Positions 1 to 9,712 of a stretch of DNA of 64,000 bases are shown one piece after another. Within the stretch, counting starts at the first letter, position 1, and every line of letters starts with the position of its first letter. This DNA is from an uncultured Clostridia bacterium (GTDB lineage Bacteria > Bacillota > Clostridia > TANB77 > CAG-508). The stretch spans positions 3,897-67,896 of the forward strand of contig CALXVA010000001.1 of the NCBI GenBank assembly GCA_944391835.1, written 5' to 3'. Under the pieces are notes generated by a model. That model had not been told where the DNA came from. It worked only from the letters and a program-made list of their open reading frames with translations, and made no database searches. The position numbers and the translations under genes are program-made.

Positions 1-797
1 GCACGTGGAACTTTATGTTCTGCAATTTGACTTAAATAGTCCCCATCTGTTTGTGCAACCTGACTTAAAAATGATTCTGGAAGTCCAGATACACCACCAG
101 AGATACCATCAATGTTCATGTCTCTTATTTCGTCTATACTACTATATCCTTTGTATTTTTGATAGATTCTTTGTACTACGATGTTGATTTTATCATCTAA
201 TGTTAATACAAAATTTTCTTTTTCATATATATCGCTTACTTCTTGTTCTGTTATTACATAACAAGGTTTTGTCTCTCCATCTAAGTATTTTAATTGTGCT
301 AAGTCATATTTTTTTATTATCTCTGACAAAGCCTCATATCCAAATTCTTGTTTATACATATATAGTATTATATCGAATTTATCTTGTGCTGTTAAAAGTG
401 ATGGTATATCAAAAGGAATTGCCTTTGAAACATTAGTCTCATTTACTCCATATTCTTTATATAATAAATCGTAAATTAACTCTTTTACATATTTCTTATC
501 ATTGACATCTCCATAAGTACAACCTTTTAAAGCTTTTTTCAATTCGTATTTTTTATTTTTCCTTCTTTTTAATTCTTCCTCAGAAAGACCTATATCATAA
601 AGGTTTATTTTTGTTATTTCATCAAGTCTTTTCTTAACAAAAGCTATCATCATGTCCAAAGTATATGTTTTATCGTCAACTTCTAATACATCTTCTTTTT
701 GCTCATTCTTTCTTTTTTTTATGAAATTAATTAGTAACGCAAATGCAATGACGACAACGACTGCTATTAATAATAAGTTTACCATATTTTTTCTCCT
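1..797 (-). CDS. partial CDS running off the window start; N-terminal TM helix; possible Tad/CpaF-type secretion ATPase N-terminal region
   Basis: own translation of minus strand from ATG at 797-795 preceded by AAGGAG: MVNLLLIAVVVVIAFALLINFIKKRKNEQ...; open to position 1 so absent from the ORF track; locus context with the CpaB-like and TadZ-like genes upstream. Confidence 0.3.
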
Positions 798-806
798 TTC
801 TAAGGA

Positions 807-1643
807 TTATATTTTCATCTGTAATTCTTGTAATTTATAAATTATCGCATCATCTGCTCTATTTGCTTCATTAACAAATATGCGATTTCTATCTCCTTCC
901 TCAAGATTTTTTAATCTTAAGAAAAATTCAATAGCTTTTCCCTCTGAGCAAGCTTCAAAATACAATGTGTTATATGGTATTGCTAATATTTGCTTTTTCT
1001 CCTTCATATATCTGGTTACATTTTTTACATTGTATTTTGAATGTGCATCATATCTGCCCATTATTAGTAATATATTTTTTCCTTTATAAAAGTCATTATT
1101 TTCTCTAAGTTCCATGAAGTCATTTATTGTTTTTAGTCTTTGTGTTAGATTTACTACAATTACATCAGATATATTTATAATGTCATCTCTTTCTTTATCC
1201 TGCATTCTGCTACTTAAATCTACGAAAATTAAATCATAATATCGATCTGCTATTCTTAAAATTTCTGGGTACTCATTGCAAATTTTGGTGTATTCACTAT
1301 AATCCTCTGTTCTTGGTGATAATAGAACATCAAGTCTTTCTCTTAAAACTGTTTTAGAATAGTTTCTTACTATATCATTACTTGTTTTATTACTTACTAA
1401 TACTTTTATTAACCCCTCTATTCCAGAGTCAACGCCAATGCTTGCTTTATTATCTGTAACTACTGGTTTGTTAAGTCTTTCAAGTTCCCAATAACAATTC
1501 TCTAAGGTTTGATCTTTAAAGTTAGTTGATACTACTAATATTTTATAGCTATGCTCAATAGCCATCTGTGTTGCAACTGCTATAAGTGATAAAGTTTGTC
1601 CAGTTTCTTTTTGTTCATTACTTTTAAAGGTTATTATTGCCAT
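807..1643 (-). CDS. ParA/MinD-fold ATPase-like protein with degenerate Walker A (TadZ/CpaE-like)
   Basis: 278-aa ORF; MinD-like layout (ILVVSTNFKD, YDLIFVDLSS) but the Walker A position reads SNEQKETGQT; neighbours a CpaB-like gene. Confidence 0.4.
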   Translation of the reverse strand: MAIITFKSNEQKETGQTLSLIAVATQMAIEHSYKILVVSTNFKDQTLENCYWELERLNKPVVTDNKASIGVDSGIEGLIKVLVSNKTSNDIVRNYSKTVLRERLDVLLSPRTEDYSEYTKICNEYPEILRIADRYYDLIFVDLSSRMQDKERDDIINISDVIVVNLTQRLKTINDFMELRENNDFYKGKNILLIMGRYDAHSKYNVKNVTRYMKEKKQILAIPYNTLYFEACSEGKAIEFFLRLKNLEEGDRNRIFVNEANRADDAIIYKLQELQMKI

Positions 1644-1645
1644 TA

Positions 1646-2344
1646 TTAAACTCCTCTTTCTAATTGTTTAAATATTCTTTTCATCTTAGCATATTCATTT
1701 TGGTCGAGTATTTGTTCTACTATATAAATTAGTGCTTCTTTATATTGTGCACTTAATTTTTTAAACTTTATTTTTGCTACTCTTTGATTTTCTGCTATAA
1801 CACTTTGATCGCCTACTTCAAATGGAAAATATATTATTTCTTCACTCCACTGAATTTTATAACCCAGTGCCAAATAATTTAAATAATCATCGTCTTCTTT
1901 TGTTGCTGTTTTTGAAAAACACACTTTAGTCAAGTTTAGTATCTCTGTAATTCCACTTAATATTTCTAATCCTCTTTTTAATGTATATAAATCAAATCCT
2001 GTTACAAAATAGTTTCTTTCCGAATTATCAATTCCAAAATTCACAATACAATCATAAGAATCTATATCTATAAGCGCAATATCATAAGGCAGTTCTGCAT
2101 GAATTGGCATTCCTAAATATTCTTTAATTTCGTTTAAATCGTTAAAGCCTACAGCAACATCTATATCTTCGAAATCAGTCACATAAGCTTTAGTAGGCTT
2201 TATAACTGGTACTATATATTTAGCCTTTTGATTAACAGTTGAATCTATTACTAAAACTTTTTTATCCGTTGCTACCAATATTTTTGCTATGTATAATATT
2301 AAGTCTATTTTGTCATAACATCCTATAAAGCTTATCTTTCTCAT
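1646..2344 (-). CDS. hypothetical protein, second ParA/receiver-like module of Tad-like locus
   Basis: 232-aa ORF 2 nt from the next gene (operonic); N-terminal VLVIDSTVNQ motif is ParA-like but lacks a P-loop. Confidence 0.3.
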   Translation of the reverse strand: MRKISFIGCYDKIDLILYIAKILVATDKKVLVIDSTVNQKAKYIVPVIKPTKAYVTDFEDIDVAVGFNDLNEIKEYLGMPIHAELPYDIALIDIDSYDCIVNFGIDNSERNYFVTGFDLYTLKRGLEILSGITEILNLTKVCFSKTATKEDDDYLNYLALGYKIQWSEEIIYFPFEVGDQSVIAENQRVAKIKFKKLSAQYKEALIYIVEQILDQNEYAKMKRIFKQLERGV

Positions 2345-2359
2345 AATTCCTCCTAATTA

Positions 2360-3298
2360 TTATCCTCCGATAGAATCTATATATGCTTCTCTTTCATCTT
2401 GTAAACTTGTTATCTCATCTTCTGTTTTTTCTACTACATTGTCTGCTGCATCTTCATGATTTACTGCACTTTCTACTCCTGGTCTTACTAAATCGCTATT
2501 TGAATTTAATGTTGTTAATAATGCATTTTTAGCTTCTTGTACAATATTTGGATCTCTTTCGATTAATGCTCTTACTTCATCATTTGGAACATAAGTAACT
2601 GTAGCTGCCTCTTGTATTCCAGCTTCTACATATTTGGTAGTATATAACATAGAACCATTCATTTGGTATGATTCAACGATTGCACAACTTATCATTAAAA
2701 TTTCTTCTTCTGTTAAATCTAGCCAAATGCAATTAGTTGAATCAACACCTGCAAGCTGTGGTATTGTAACTTCTTTATGTGATGTAACTATTAAACTTCT
2801 ACCATCTGGGGTTCTTAATCTTATATCTATATAATCACCTGTTTGTAACTGGCTATTTATTGTTATAACATTATATTCTACACTTCTTAAATCATCTCTT
2901 ACTGTTTCATCCTCATATGTAACATCTGCTGTTAAAACAGTTCCTGGATTCAAATTAACTTTTGCTCTAAGGCCTACTGGAAAAAGTGCCCCCGTTGGAT
3001 CTGCTACTGTATTTCCGTCTGCATCTGTTGTTTGAGAACTATATAGTCCTGATGTATCTGTTGCAATATTTAATTCTACACCTTGAACTTTATCAGATGT
3101 TATTTCTGTTCCAGATTGAACTGGACTAGTAATAACATAGCCATATACTATATGTGATGCTTTTTCTTCTATTTCGCTATTTAATCTAGATATTTGCAGT
3201 ATTAAAAAAGCTATTATTAAACCTGTAATTAATAATGTTACTAAAATTCCTAATAAAAATGAATTGTTTGCCTTTCTTTGCATTGGATTTACTGCCAT
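2360..3298 (-). CDS. CpaB/RcpC-like (SAF-domain) pilus assembly protein with N-terminal TM anchor
   Basis: 312 aa; N-terminal TM (LLGILVTLLITGLIIAFLIL) followed by a beta-rich SAF-like region; position upstream of TadZ-like ATPases. Confidence 0.4.
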   Translation of the reverse strand: MAVNPMQRKANNSFLLGILVTLLITGLIIAFLILQISRLNSEIEEKASHIVYGYVITSPVQSGTEITSDKVQGVELNIATDTSGLYSSQTTDADGNTVADPTGALFPVGLRAKVNLNPGTVLTADVTYEDETVRDDLRSVEYNVITINSQLQTGDYIDIRLRTPDGRSLIVTSHKEVTIPQLAGVDSTNCIWLDLTEEEILMISCAIVESYQMNGSMLYTTKYVEAGIQEAATVTYVPNDEVRALIERDPNIVQEAKNALLTTLNSNSDLVRPGVESAVNHEDAADNVVEKTEDEITSLQDEREAYIDSIGG

Positions 3299-3428
3299 AT
3301 TGAATTCCTCCTTGATTTTGACAAAATACTTTTACATATTTTATTTTACAACATTATTCAAAAAAAAACAATAATATTAGCTTTTTTGTAACAAAAAATT
3401 AATATTATTGTAATATTTTTGTAACATT

Positions 3429-3899
3429 CTATCTTCTTCTACAACAGCAACAGTTTTGCCTTCCTGATGTGGTATTTCTATTTCCTAAAAATAAAACAGG
3501 ATTTGCTTGATTGGTAGTTACTGTGAATTGTGCTCTTGGTAAACTTGAACTGGTTGCCACGTTGTTTGTTGTACTATTATTATTACTATTATTTGTACAA
3601 TTGCAAACACTAGTACAACAATTATTATTTTCTCCTTCTCTATAATTCGAGCACCTATTTATTCTTTCAATTATTTTACATATTATTTTAGTAATAACCG
3701 CCGTAATGTATGAGAGTATAGTATATAGAATAGCCAATATCAAGAAATCTGAACCAAATATTGCATATGTTAAAATTAAGTATATGGCAAAAAATGTTGC
3801 TGCCACCAAAGCAGGACATTTTAATATTTTTAATAAAACTATTGATAATATTATTGTAGCAATTGGTAGTGCTAAAAAAAGTAATAATAATGTATTCAT
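3429..3899 (-). CDS. small polytopic membrane protein with Asn/Cys-rich low-complexity C-terminal tail
   Basis: 156-aa ORF; three predicted TM segments then ...NNNCCTSVCNCTNNSNNNSTTNN...QNCCCC; the tail composition resembles the Cys-rich micropeptides at 26718-26998. Confidence 0.4.
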   Translation of the reverse strand: MNTLLLLFLALPIATIILSIVLLKILKCPALVAATFFAIYLILTYAIFGSDFLILAILYTILSYITAVITKIICKIIERINRCSNYREGENNNCCTSVCNCTNNSNNNSTTNNVATSSSLPRAQFTVTTNQANPVLFLGNRNTTSGRQNCCCCRRR

Positions 3900-3973
3900 A
3901 AGACCTCCATTTGAGCAGTTAAATGCTCTAATACGTTTTATATATCTTATGTAATTGCATTATTATTTGTTAC

Positions 3974-4217
3974 TAGAACATAAATTTTGTTAATTTCTTA
4001 TTACAAATTTAGCCGAGTAGGTATGTGTATTTTTTTATTTATATTTCCGTCCCCCAACTGCGTACAAACTGTATAAACAAAAACTAAAGTTTTGTTTAAC
4101 AGTTTGTAAACTTGTCGGTCCCCACCTTAAGACTTCAATATAAATAAAAAAATACACATACCTACTCGGTTTAAATATAAAGAAACTAAAGAAATTAACA
4201 AAATTTATGTTCTAGTC
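3974..4217. repeat. ~245-bp palindromic MITE-like element: ~75-bp inverted-repeat arms (3974-4048 vs 4139-4217) around a central imperfect palindrome
   Basis: left arm actagaacataaattttgttaatttctt...ccgagtaggtatgtgtatttttttatttatat is the reverse complement of the right arm atataaataaaaaaatacacatacctactcgg...aacaaaatttatgttctagt; the centre also has its own dyad caaactgtataaacaaaaac/gttttgtttaacagtttg. Confidence 0.75.
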
Positions 4218-4296
4218 ATAATCTACATGTAATAGCATAAGACCGTGTGGTGGAAGTGTTTTTCCTGCTTTTTTTCTATCTTTGCTTTCTATTATG

Positions 4297-4972
4297 CTAG
4301 GAATTTCTTCTGGTTTTATTTTTCCGTAATCCCACATCTAGTAAGGTTCCGGCTATTATTCTTACCATATTATATAAGAATCCATTTCCCGTTAAGTCTA
4401 TTGCTATATTATCTCCTTCTGTTACTATATTAGCAGAATATATAGTTCTTACACTAGTTTTGCTACTTGTTCCACTAGATTTAAATGCCTTAAAATCATG
4501 TTCTCCTTCAAAATATTTTATTGCTTTTTTCATAGCTTCTACATCTAATTTTATTGGAAAATGATACACTAAGTTTCTATAAATTGCTGTTCCATATTTA
4601 GAATTATCTATAACATATCTATATGTCTTTTTTTTGCAATTAAATCTACTATGAAAGTTTTCGTCTACTTCTTCTGCGGATTTTATTCTTATAGAATTTT
4701 TTACTTGCGAATTTATTGCTATTGGTATTTTTCCTATATCTATATTAGAATTAGTTTTAAAATTAGCTACTTGTCCGAAGCGCGTGCACTCCCGCATCAG
4801 TTCTTCCAGAAGCAATAAGCTCAACTTTTTCATGAGTTATTGCTTCTATAGCTCTTTCTATTTCTCCTTGAATGTTTAATTTGTTTGGCTGTTTTTGCCA
4901 ACCATTAAAATCTTTTCCATCATATTCTATAACAAGTTTAATATTTCTCATTATTTCATCTATTCCTTGCAT
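4297..4972 (-). pseudogene. truA: tRNA pseudouridine(38-40) synthase TruA, split by a +1 frameshift
   Basis: ORF 4763-4972 carries the TruA N-terminus (IEYDGKDFNGWQKQPN...GRTDAGVHA) and ORF 4297-4833 the remainder (GQVANFKT...RTYRY...GEHDFKAFK...NGFLYNMVR) in another frame; junction reads gcg ctt Cgg aca where gcg ctt gga caa (AL GQ) is expected. Confidence 0.75.
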
Positions 4973-4978
4973 TTATTT

Positions 4979-5914
4979 TTATTTGCTTTCTTTCTTTTCG
5001 CTATCTAATTTTTCTTCTTTCTTTTTATCCTTTTTTAACTTTTGCCTATGCTTATTCTCACTTTCTTCATTTCCAAATTTCTTTGTAACTAAATTTTTTA
5101 TTAGAATATTTTTTAAAGCTTCTTCTTTTAAATCTACTATTAAATTACCATCCTTTGCAATAGAGATTTTACTTGTTTCCTCTGATACAACAATAGCTAT
5201 TGCATCAGTTTCTCTTGAAATTCCAATTGCAGCTCTATGTCTTGTTCCTAAGCCTTTTGATATGTTTTTGTCATCAGATAGTGGTAAAATACATGCTGCT
5301 GCAGCTATTTTATTTTTGCTTATCACTACTGCTCCGTCGTGTAATGGTGTGTTAGGTACAAATAAATTAACTAATAGCTGAGGTGATACTTCAGCATCTA
5401 TTTTTACACCAGTATCCATTATGTCGTCTAGTTGTATATCCCTTTCTATTACAATTAGCCCACCTACCTTATTGTTTGATAATTCTTTTGCAGCAATTAC
5501 AACTTTATATATATCTTCCTTTGTTTTTGTTTCTAAACTTTTTTCTAAGCCTATTCCTAAAAATTTAGTAAACTTATTTGTTCCTAATTGTTCTAGTACT
5601 CTTCTTAATTCTGGTTGAAATATTACAATCAATGCAATTACACCATAAGTAGTAAAAATTGTTAAAAACCAATTTAATATTCTAAGTTCAAATATTCCAC
5701 TTAGTATTGTGATTAAAACTATTAATACAATACCTTTTAGTAATTGCCAAACTCTTGAACTTCTTGCTGACTTTATGAATTTATATGCTATATATCCTAC
5801 AATTAGTATATCTAATATAAAAATTATTAGTTTAAATGGATTGTTTGAAATATCTGTTACATATTCTGCTATGCTTTCTCCAAGTCTATTTATATTGGCC
5901 GAAAATACATTCAT
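4979..5914 (-). CDS. cdaA: diadenylate cyclase CdaA (membrane-anchored DAC domain) with Lys/Glu-rich C-terminal tail
   Basis: N-terminal TM region LIIFILDILIVGYIAYKFI...QLLKGIVLIVL resembles B. subtilis CdaA; DAC motifs DGAVVI, LGTRHRAAIGIS; ATG at 5914 with RBS AGAGGA. Confidence 0.8.
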   Translation of the reverse strand: MNVFSANINRLGESIAEYVTDISNNPFKLIIFILDILIVGYIAYKFIKSARSSRVWQLLKGIVLIVLITILSGIFELRILNWFLTIFTTYGVIALIVIFQPELRRVLEQLGTNKFTKFLGIGLEKSLETKTKEDIYKVVIAAKELSNNKVGGLIVIERDIQLDDIMDTGVKIDAEVSPQLLVNLFVPNTPLHDGAVVISKNKIAAAACILPLSDDKNISKGLGTRHRAAIGISRETDAIAIVVSEETSKISIAKDGNLIVDLKEEALKNILIKNLVTKKFGNEESENKHRQKLKKDKKKEEKLDSEKKESK

Positions 5915-5931
5915 ATAATTTCCTCTTTTTT

Positions 5932-6078
5932 CTACATATTTATTAAATAATATACTAGTGTTCCTGCTACTGCAAGTATCATTAACAATGCTAGGATTGC
6001 AGCCATTACTTTGGTTGCAATCTTACCTATATCTCTTTTACTTTTTTGATTTTTTTCTTTTTTATTTGTTTTATCCAT
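5932..6078 (-). CDS. 48-aa small membrane protein (hypothetical)
   Basis: own translation: MDKTNKKEKNQKSKRDIGKIATKVMAAILALLMILAVAGTLVYYLINM; weak RBS; lies between the PPIase gene and cdaA. Confidence 0.3.
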   Translation of the reverse strand: MDKTNKKEKNQKSKRDIGKIATKVMAAILALLMILAVAGTLVYYLINM

Positions 6079-6138
6079 TTTACCTGCCTCAACAATAATT
6101 TATTTAGGTTTTTATTTTAATTGGTTACCTATAAACCA

Positions 6139-7119
6139 TTAATAGTTATAAAGTCCTGAGAATATTGTCGATATATCAAAAGGTACTATTGTTTCTGGTG
6201 CACCATAATCAATTCCATATGTTTCTACTCTTATGCTCGTTATAACAGGCTCTTCTTTTGGTGTATCAGATGCTATTGTTTCACCATCTTCATCCTCTGG
6301 TGCTTCAAAATCCTCATCTACTTCGGTATCTCTATAGTACACCTCCACATTTGCTACTTTTTCTACTACATCCATACCCTCTATTACTTTTCCAAATGGT
6401 GCATATAGTCCATCTAAATCTGTATTATCTGCTGACATTATAAAGAATTGGCACCCTGCTGAATTATATCCTTCTGCTGCATATCCATATGTGCTATAGT
6501 CACTTCTTGCCATAGATATAACTCCTTCTTCATGTTTTATATTATTGTCATTATCTCCATTAGCTATAAATTCTCCTACAATGTTATATTCAGTATTTAG
6601 AAAATCGTCAAACTCTGAATTTACACTTGCATTTTCTTCGTTTTCGTGCTCTTTTTCAAATTCCTTTTTATATTTTTGGAAATCAGAATAAGAATTTATA
6701 GTTGTATTATCGTTTGTAGTATATTCTCCATCATAAAACTCATTCAAAATTTTCTCAAATAATTCCTTATTATTTAAAACTTCGTCTAAATCATATATAT
6801 CGCTAAGTTTAGGAGATGCTGTAGTATCTCCATCTTTTGCCCCTCCCTGTATAACAAAGTCTGGCATTGTTCTATGGAAAGTAGATCCATCATAAAATTC
6901 TCTGTTTGCTAATCTAATAAAATTAGCTACTGTATTTGGTGCTTTATCAGGATATAATTCTACTTTAATTGTTCCATAATCTTCTATTTCTATAGTAGCT
7001 ACTGGATTTGGTATATTCATTGTATATTTTTTATATACTCCGTAACTAGCAAATGCTATACCTACTATAACTAAAATAATTCCTAATATTAATAAAATTC
7101 TAACTAATGTTTTATTCAT
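6139..7119 (-). CDS. cyclophilin-type peptidyl-prolyl cis-trans isomerase with N-terminal TM anchor and acidic insert
   Basis: motifs FHRTMPDFVIQGG and GYAAEGYNSAGCQFFI are typical of cyclophilin PPIases; N-terminal TM helix. Confidence 0.7.
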   Translation of the reverse strand: MNKTLVRILLILGIILVIVGIAFASYGVYKKYTMNIPNPVATIEIEDYGTIKVELYPDKAPNTVANFIRLANREFYDGSTFHRTMPDFVIQGGAKDGDTTASPKLSDIYDLDEVLNNKELFEKILNEFYDGEYTTNDNTTINSYSDFQKYKKEFEKEHENEENASVNSEFDDFLNTEYNIVGEFIANGDNDNNIKHEEGVISMARSDYSTYGYAAEGYNSAGCQFFIMSADNTDLDGLYAPFGKVIEGMDVVEKVANVEVYYRDTEVDEDFEAPEDEDGETIASDTPKEEPVITSIRVETYGIDYGAPETIVPFDISTIFSGLYNY

Positions 7120-7135
7120 CTTTCTATTCCTCTCT

Positions 7136-8200
7136 TTACATTATTAAATTATCAAATACAAATTGTTCTTGCATTCTTTTTAAGGATTGCTTAATAGTCC
7201 TTGCTCTAATTTCTCCTATTCCATCTACTTCATCAAGTTTTGGAATATCTGCAACCAATATGTGTTGGAATGATTTAAAAGTTTTTACTAAGTTTTCCAC
7301 TATAGTGCTTGGCATTCTTGGTATTTTATTTAATATTCTATAACCTCTGGTGTATACACCAACTTCATCATAATTGTCAAAATCCTCATAACCTAATAAA
7401 TTAGCTATTTTATCTGGTTTTATAAGATTCTCATACACAATGTTTTTAAGTTCTAATAGAATTTTTTCTGCATTTCTTTTCTTACCAGGTGCAATATAGT
7501 CTTTAATAATCAAAAGTTCCTCTTTTTCTAAGTCTCCAACAGTTTCATCTAGTTGCATTTCTAATAATCTGCCCTCTTCGCCTAATTCATCTATCGCTCG
7601 TTCAACCTCAGTTGCAATTTTCATTACTAATTCAGCCCTTTGTATTACTGTAATTACATTTTCTAATGTTACAATATCATTAAATTCATATTCATTAAGT
7701 ATATTTATTTTATTATCAAATACTTTCTTATATTTTTCTACAATTTGTAAAGCTTGATTAGCTTTTGAAATAACATCTGCAGAATTTCTTAGCACATATC
7801 TTTCATTTCCTCTAAATAAAGTTATTATACCTCTTCTTTGCGATATACTTATTACTAGAGACCCCGTTTGTTTTGCTGTACGCTCTGCAGTTCTATGTCT
7901 CGTACCAGTTTCTGTTGTATAAATTTCAGGCGATGGTATTAATTGAGTATTCGCATACAAAATTTTCTTAAAATCAGAACTTAATATAATAGCCCCATCC
8001 ATTTTAGCGAGCTCATACAACTTAGCTGGGCTAAAATCTACGTCCAATTTAAAACCACCATCTACCAGCTTTAGAACTTCCTCATTATCTGCTATTGCTA
8101 TCAAAGCCCCTGTTTTGGCATTTAGAATATTCTCTAGTCCATTTCTAATTGGAGTACCAGGTGCTATTAGCTTTAAAACCTCTTCAATTCCTTCTGCCAC
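7136..8200 (-). CDS. disA: DNA integrity scanning protein DisA (DAC domain plus C-terminal HhH)
   Basis: IAPGTPIRNGLENIL...DGAIILSSDFKKILYANTQLIP...TGTRHRTAERTAKQTG is collinear with B. subtilis DisA; ORF-track start 8257 is a GTG reading through a REP element, and the likely true start is the GTG at 8200 after AAAGGAG. Confidence 0.85.
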   Translation of the reverse strand: MAEGIEEVLKLIAPGTPIRNGLENILNAKTGALIAIADNEEVLKLVDGGFKLDVDFSPAKLYELAKMDGAIILSSDFKKILYANTQLIPSPEIYTTETGTRHRTAERTAKQTGSLVISISQRRGIITLFRGNERYVLRNSADVISKANQALQIVEKYKKVFDNKINILNEYEFNDIVTLENVITVIQRAELVMKIATEVERAIDELGEEGRLLEMQLDETVGDLEKEELLIIKDYIAPGKKRNAEKILLELKNIVYENLIKPDKIANLLGYEDFDNYDEVGVYTRGYRILNKIPRMPSTIVENLVKTFKSFQHILVADIPKLDEVDGIGEIRARTIKQSLKRMQEQFVFDNLIM

Positions 8201-8227
8201 TGTAAATTTCACTCCTTTTGTCACCTT

Positions 8228-8270
8228 AGTGCCTGTCACAAAAGTGCCATTTGGCACTTTCAGGGACAGG
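8228..8270. repeat. REP-like element family 1 (nested hairpin CCTGTCAC / GTGCCATTTGGCAC / GGGACAGG)
   Basis: palindrome GTGCCATTTGGCAC flanked by CCTGTCAC and GGACAGG; same architecture at 9653, 10696 and 42004. Confidence 0.8.
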
Positions 8271-8271
8271 T

Positions 8272-9645
8272 TTACCTTAACTGCAATCCCTTTATTGCCT
8301 CATTTATATTTCTGACACCTATTATATCTAATTTATAATTTTCTTTCAAGAGTTTTTTGTTACTTTCTGGTATAATACATTTTTTAAATCCTAATTTTTC
8401 TGATTCCTTTATTCTTTTTTCTATCATATTTACTGCACGAACTTCTCCTGTTAGACCAACTTCACCTATTGCTACAACATCTTGTGGTATGCTAATATTC
8501 CTAAAGCTAGATGTACATGCTAATATAATGCCCAAGTCTACAGCAGGCTCTGCTAATTTTATTCCACTTACAACATTTAAATATACATCTTGTCCTCCTA
8601 AGTTTATGCCTGCCCTTTTTTCTACAACAGCAATTAGAACAGCTAATCTGTTAAAATCTATTCCATTTGCAGTTCTTTTTGGTATTCCAAATACACTTGG
8701 TGTAGTTAATGCCTGTAGTTCAACCAAAAGTGGTCTTGTTCCCTCCATACTAGCTACAATTACCGAGCCAGCAGGATTGTCGTTTCGCTCTGAAATAAGA
8801 ATTGATGATGGATTTGTAATTTCTACCATACCTTCATTTTTCATTTCAAACATTCCTACTTCATTTGTTGAGCCAAATCTATTTTTTACACTTCTTAATA
8901 TTCTGTATGAAAAATATCTTTCTCCCTCTAAGTATAGAACTGTATCTACCATGTGCTCCAATACTCTAGGTCCTGCTATATTTCCATCCTTTGTAACATG
9001 ACCGATTATTATTGTAGTAATTCCATTATCCTTGCACATTCTCATAATTCTTGAAGTAATTTCTCTAACCTGGCTAACAGTACCTGCAGCTGAAGTAATC
9101 TCTTCTGAATACATTGTTTGAATAGAATCTATAATAACAAGTTTCGGATTTACAGACATTATTGTTTCTTGAATATTATCAATATTTGTTTCACCTAAAA
9201 ATAATAAATCATCATTATTAATGTTCAGTCTATCAGCTCTAATCTTTACCTGTTCTGCCGATTCCTCTCCAGAAACGTATAAAACTTTTCCATCGCCTTT
9301 GACCTTATCGCAAAGTTGTAAAATTAAAGTAGACTTACCAATTCCAGGCTCTCCTCCTACTAGCACAAGTGAACCTTTAACCAAGCCTCCTCCCAAGACT
9401 CTATCTAACTCACCTATACCAGTGCTTGTCCTTGCCATTTCTATTCCTTCTACCTCTTTTAACTTACGAGGCATACTTCTCTCTTTGTTTGCACTACTCT
9501 TTCCCCCAGATGTACTTGAGGTATTTGCAACCTTTTCCTCATAAAAACTATTCCACTCATTACATGCTGGACACTTTCCTAGCCATTTTGCAGATTCATA
9601 TCCACAATTACTACACACAAAAATCGTTTTTGCTTTTGCCATCAT
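8272..9645 (-). CDS. radA: DNA repair protein RadA (Sms)
   Basis: zinc finger CSNCGYESAKWLGKCPAC, Walker A GGEPGIGKST, KNRFG motif, Lon-like C-terminus; true start probably MMAKAK after AAGGAGG (track start 9660 is a GTG). Confidence 0.9.
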   Translation of the reverse strand: MMAKAKTIFVCSNCGYESAKWLGKCPACNEWNSFYEEKVANTSSTSGGKSSANKERSMPRKLKEVEGIEMARTSTGIGELDRVLGGGLVKGSLVLVGGEPGIGKSTLILQLCDKVKGDGKVLYVSGEESAEQVKIRADRLNINNDDLLFLGETNIDNIQETIMSVNPKLVIIDSIQTMYSEEITSAAGTVSQVREITSRIMRMCKDNGITTIIIGHVTKDGNIAGPRVLEHMVDTVLYLEGERYFSYRILRSVKNRFGSTNEVGMFEMKNEGMVEITNPSSILISERNDNPAGSVIVASMEGTRPLLVELQALTTPSVFGIPKRTANGIDFNRLAVLIAVVEKRAGINLGGQDVYLNVVSGIKLAEPAVDLGIILACTSSFRNISIPQDVVAIGEVGLTGEVRAVNMIEKRIKESEKLGFKKCIIPESNKKLLKENYKLDIIGVRNINEAIKGLQLR

Positions 9646-9652
9646 TTCCTCC

Positions 9653-9706
9653 TTTGGCACTTAAGTGCCTGTCACCGAAGTGCCATTTGGCACTTTTGGG
9701 GACAGG
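9653..9706. repeat. REP-like element family 1 (with extra GGCAC-TTAA-GTGCC hairpin)
   Basis: tttGGCACttaaGTGCCTGTCACCgaaGTGCCATTTGGCACttttGGGGACAGG. Confidence 0.8.
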
Positions 9707-9712
9707 TTCACT

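Noticed and set aside
4770-4800. GC-rich island ccgaagcgcgtgcactcccgcatcag as a possible inserted motif or restriction-modification target
   Set aside because: It simply encodes the conserved TruA active-site stretch (GRTDAGVHALGQ). The only anomaly is the single extra C, reported separately.
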